DNA of 64,000 bases from an uncultured Candidatus Rokubacteria bacterium (GTDB lineage Bacteria > Methylomirabilota > Methylomirabilia > Rokubacteriales > CSP1-6). Below, piece after piece: positions 60,998 to 64,000 of the stretch (the first letter of the stretch is position 1; each line of letters opens with the position of its first letter). Under the pieces are notes generated by a model. It was not told where the DNA came from, did not search any database, and saw only the letters and a program-made list of their open reading frames with translations. The DNA is taken from NCBI GenBank assembly GCA_963762145.1, contig CAVXJS010000021.1:1056001-1120000 (forward strand), in the 5' to 3' direction. The translations under genes and the position numbers were made by a program.

Positions 60998-61183
60998 GCA
61001 CCGATTCTAACCTACTCGTCGCTCCTGCGTGGCGAGCCGCAGCCCAGGAGGCGCCTTGGGGTTGCCGGCCCACCGGGCCCGCGCAAGTCCCCGGGGCGGA
61101 AAGCGCCGCCGCGCGTATCCCGGCCACCCCGCGATGTCTGGCTCGGACCCGCAGGGCGTCGGCAAGCGATAGGCCGTCGACGG

Positions 61184-61828
61184 TTAGTAGGTGGCCGGTC
61201 CGCGGTCCTGGAACCAAAGAGCCTCGCCCAGCGTCCGGATCCCGCTCTGTTCGAGCCGGGGCAAGAGCTCCAAGAGGACGCGGCCCGCCATGACCGCATC
61301 GCCGTCCGCCGTGTGCCGCCGCTCGATCGGCACTCCCAAGCGAAGACAGACACCCTCCAGGCTGAAGTCCAGCCACGCAGGGTGGAGTGCTGCAACGAGC
61401 CTCTGCGTACACAGCGCTGCGAGCGTATCCGGTGCAGCGATCACGCCTCGACGAGCGCGCGTCATGACCGCGATGTCAAACGCAACGCCATGGCCAACGA
61501 TAACCTGCCCGGCGCAGAGCTCATCGAGCCGGCGCACCGCGCTCGCCTCGTCAGGAGCGCCCTCGACCATCGCGTCGTCGATCCCGTGAATCATCGTGGA
61601 TGACGCCGGGATGCGTTGTCCGGGATTCACCAGCGTGACGTGCACGGTCGCCGATTCGCCGCCGACAAACTTGACGGCGGCGAGAGACACGATGCGATCG
61701 CGCCGTCGGTCCAATCCGGTCGTCTCGAGATCTATCGCCAGGAACCCGCGCCCTGGAAGGCTCGCAAGCGACATGTCGGCTCGGTGACGCGGGCGTTGCC
61801 ACAGAGACGAGAGCCAGCCCACGGTCAA
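61184..61828 (-). CDS. DEDDh 3'-5' exonuclease (DnaQ-like)
   Basis: IDLETTG, GHGVAFD and HTADGD; GTGA overlap with the upstream gene. Confidence 0.9.
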   Translation of the reverse strand: MTVGWLSSLWQRPRHRADMSLASLPGRGFLAIDLETTGLDRRRDRIVSLAAVKFVGGESATVHVTLVNPGQRIPASSTMIHGIDDAMVEGAPDEASAVRRLDELCAGQVIVGHGVAFDIAVMTRARRGVIAAPDTLAALCTQRLVAALHPAWLDFSLEGVCLRLGVPIERRHTADGDAVMAGRVLLELLPRLEQSGIRTLGEALWFQDRGPATY

Positions 61829-63276
61829 CCCAGCAGGTCGGTCCGAAAGCGCTCCCGCAGGCCTGCCTGCACCTTGGTGACCGTGCGGAAGGCGTCGCGC
61901 AGCAATAGCGCATCGGCCCGGGAGAGCGTCCGATGATCGATGAGGTTGTCCGGGACGATCTCCCGGTCCAGCTGAGCGAGCTGGTGAACGAGCCGGAGAC
62001 GCAGCACGTGGTGGTAGGCATCGCCAATCTCTGTCGTCTCCGCCGCCGTATACGAGCCGTGCGCTCCGGCCGCCCGGAACCGATCGACGGTATTGACCTC
62101 CGACAGCCCGAGCTCGAGCGCATGGACGCGGGCCGCACCCGTGAGGGGCATGGCGGCCGCCCTCTTGACGTCGACACGTCCACGCCGCGTGGCGATGCGT
62201 CCGAAGAGGGTGAGAGGCGGCGGTCGCGAGACGACGTCATGCGCCAGCATGGCCAGGAAGACCCGGCGGGTGGGCGCCTCGCGCTCGATGAAGGCACACA
62301 GCTCACGACCTAGCCCGACGGCGCCCGCGATCGGGCGAAGATCGAAGTGGATACTCGCGGCAAGGACTTCAGGCGGGGACGGGTGATCAAGCCACCGGCC
62401 AAAGCTCTCGAGCCAGCCGCAGAGTGGGCGGCACCACGCTGGATTCGACGCCATGATCCCGCCGGGGCAGGGCGGAAATCCGATCGCCACCAGGCCTCGG
62501 ACGGCGGTCTCCGCGAAGCGCGCATAGTACGAAGCGGTGTCGTCCGCCTCGTCGGGCGCGGGGTCCGCGTATACGAGGCCGTTGTCCTGATCGGTCCGAA
62601 GGGTCTGTTCTCGCCTGGCCTCGGATCCGAACACGAGCCAGGAGTACGGAACCGTCGAATGATCCCCCGCCGCGGCGAGCGCTTCGGTGGTCACGTGGAG
62701 CACTCGCTGGACGAGCTGGTCGTTGAGCTCGGCGACGAGAGCACCGACATCGTAGGCCGAGGCGCCCGCGTGGACCAGCCGCCGGACGATCTGCGTCACG
62801 TCGGATGCAAGCCCCTTCAGTACGTCCAGGGACTGGGCGTCACCGATCGCGCGCGACAGAGCGACGGGGTGCGGCAGCTCGAGGCGAAGGACATCCGATG
62901 ACGATACGACCCCGAAAAGCCCATGATCCATGCCGACCACCAGGTGATGGATGCCCCGGCGAGTCATGGCGACCAGCGCGTCAAGGACGAAGGCGTCAGC
63001 CGGCACCGAGACGACGGGTGAAGACATGAGTTCACTGGCCGGAGTTGTCCGAGCATCCCGGCCTTCGGCGATGAGTTTCCGCCGCAAGTCCCGGTCGGTG
63101 ACGATGCCAACCGTCGAGCCGTCGGCGACCACGACGACGCACCCTACACGCTCCCGCGACATCAGGTGCGCGATGTCAGCGCCGCTCAGAGCAGGGGCGC
63201 ACGTGACCGGTGCGCGCGTGACGAGCTCACGGACCCGACGTACTAGGCTAGACACATCGCCGCCAGCGCGCATCAC
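61825..63276 (-). CDS. CBS-pair plus DUF294 nucleotidyltransferase-like protein
   Basis: GIVTDRDLR, IHHL, FGSEARREQTLRTDQDNG and CPGGIMASNPAW. Confidence 0.92.
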   Translation of the reverse strand: MMRAGGDVSSLVRRVRELVTRAPVTCAPALSGADIAHLMSRERVGCVVVVADGSTVGIVTDRDLRRKLIAEGRDARTTPASELMSSPVVSVPADAFVLDALVAMTRRGIHHLVVGMDHGLFGVVSSSDVLRLELPHPVALSRAIGDAQSLDVLKGLASDVTQIVRRLVHAGASAYDVGALVAELNDQLVQRVLHVTTEALAAAGDHSTVPYSWLVFGSEARREQTLRTDQDNGLVYADPAPDEADDTASYYARFAETAVRGLVAIGFPPCPGGIMASNPAWCRPLCGWLESFGRWLDHPSPPEVLAASIHFDLRPIAGAVGLGRELCAFIEREAPTRRVFLAMLAHDVVSRPPPLTLFGRIATRRGRVDVKRAAAMPLTGAARVHALELGLSEVNTVDRFRAAGAHGSYTAAETTEIGDAYHHVLRLRLVHQLAQLDREIVPDNLIDHRTLSRADALLLRDAFRTVTKVQAGLRERFRTDLLG

Positions 63277-63334
63277 TCGGGCAGAGTGGTCAGCAACTCA
63301 TCGACTTTCATGAGCGTGCTCCTTTCCGCTGGCT

Positions 63335-63443
63335 CTACCATACCCGGAATCCCGGCACGTTGAGCCGGCTCGTGGCGACCCGCCGGCCCGTAGGCGACGA
63401 CGAGAAAGACCACGGCCGTGATCACCCAGGGGTGCAGGCCTGT
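63335..63443 (-). pseudogene. 3' relic resembling the end of b(o/a)3-type cytochrome c oxidase subunit I
   Basis: LHPWVITAVVFLVVAYGP, then after a frameshift VATSRLNVPGFRVW*. Family recalled from memory. Confidence 0.45.
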
Positions 63444-63619
63444 GCTCGTCACCCGTTGCCGAGGTGAGTCGCGACGGTCGTGACGCCCACCTCGTCGAGG
63501 CCTTAGTTTCCACGGTCTCGTCGTCGGCGTGAATCGGACGAACGGGCGGTGGAATGAAGATCCGTATATCGCGGGCCTCGCCGCGCTCTTCGCGGTCTTC
63601 TGGTTCCCCTCGCGATACG

Positions 63620-63877
63620 TCCGCACCATCGTGCGGACTGGGCACTCGAGAACGCGCTGGTTGTGCTCGTCGTGCTCGAGCGAAACGAACTCGACCTTCG
63701 GTGCCTTGGCGACGACCCGGAGCGTCAAGAGAAAACACGCCTCCACCACCGCCAGCGGCGATATGGGGCCCCACGCGTCATCGAGACCGCCGTACTCGAG
63801 CGGGGCGTCGACCGCGCGGCGTACCCACTCGGTCAACCGATAAGCCGGGCCTGATAGGTGTGCGGAATGGGCTTCAT
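63620..63877 (-). pseudogene. Decayed OsmC-family gene
   Basis: MKPIPHTYQARL, early stop, then PLEYGGLDDAW...AVVEACFLLTLRVVA...CPV. Confidence 0.65.
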
Positions 63878-63879
63878 CG

Positions 63880-64000
63880 TCAGTGGCGGCCGCTGGTCAC
63901 CGGGGCCGTCATGTGGAGGAAGGCCCGGACGATGTCCGTCTCGGTGACGATGCCGACCAGACGTCCGCCATCCAGCACCGGCAGGGCACCGATCCTGTGG
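63880..64000 (-). CDS. CBS-domain protein, C-terminal part (start outside the window)
   Basis: [27 protein letters not shown]...H*. Confidence 0.85.
   Translation of the reverse strand, partial: HRIGALPVLDGGRLVGIVTETDIVRAFLHMTAPVTSGRH

Noticed and set aside
63829-63840. Second Sec codon (TGA in the OsmC-like frame)
   Set aside because: It is not at a Cys position and the gene has further frameshifts and deletions.
1-64000. CRISPR arrays, IS elements, integrases, prophage or anti-phage defence operons
   Set aside because: None recognised. The patatin, DEDDh and nucleotidyltransferase genes belong to NTE and DUF294 contexts rather than CBASS-like ones.

Overview
GC-rich bacterial DNA that reads as an accessory mosaic. 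It has no rRNA, no complete tRNA, no CRISPR array and no transposase or integrase that I could recognise. The gene-family style (orphan ABC_sub_bind proteins ending 'ADQVIE', an 'AECAWVLW' small-protein fragment, class III cyclases, many amidohydrolases and LLM enzymes) suggests a Ca. Rokubacteria/Methylomirabilota-like soil organism; this is an inference. About 50 genes are supportable, including a GH13 enzyme, an amidase, redox enzymes, SoxCD, a chrB/chrC/chrF-like cluster without chrA, an M14 carboxypeptidase on an AT-richer patch ending in a tRNA 3' relic, and a CBS-DUF294/DEDDh exonuclease pair. The strongest hidden signal is at 11766-12320, where the ORF track splits one AhpD/CMD-family gene at an in-frame UGA. 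That UGA sits in a CxxU motif and is followed by a SECIS-like hairpin, so this is a probable selenoprotein with a divergent ArsR-type regulator and operator. The second theme is gene turnover: short 3'-end footprints of ABC substrate-binding genes at module junctions, diverged direct repeats bracketing 3-kb and 22-kb blocks, and many internally deleted gene relics. Many isolated 1-nt frameshifts are probably assembly errors. All family calls come from motif recognition by eye; no database searches were run.
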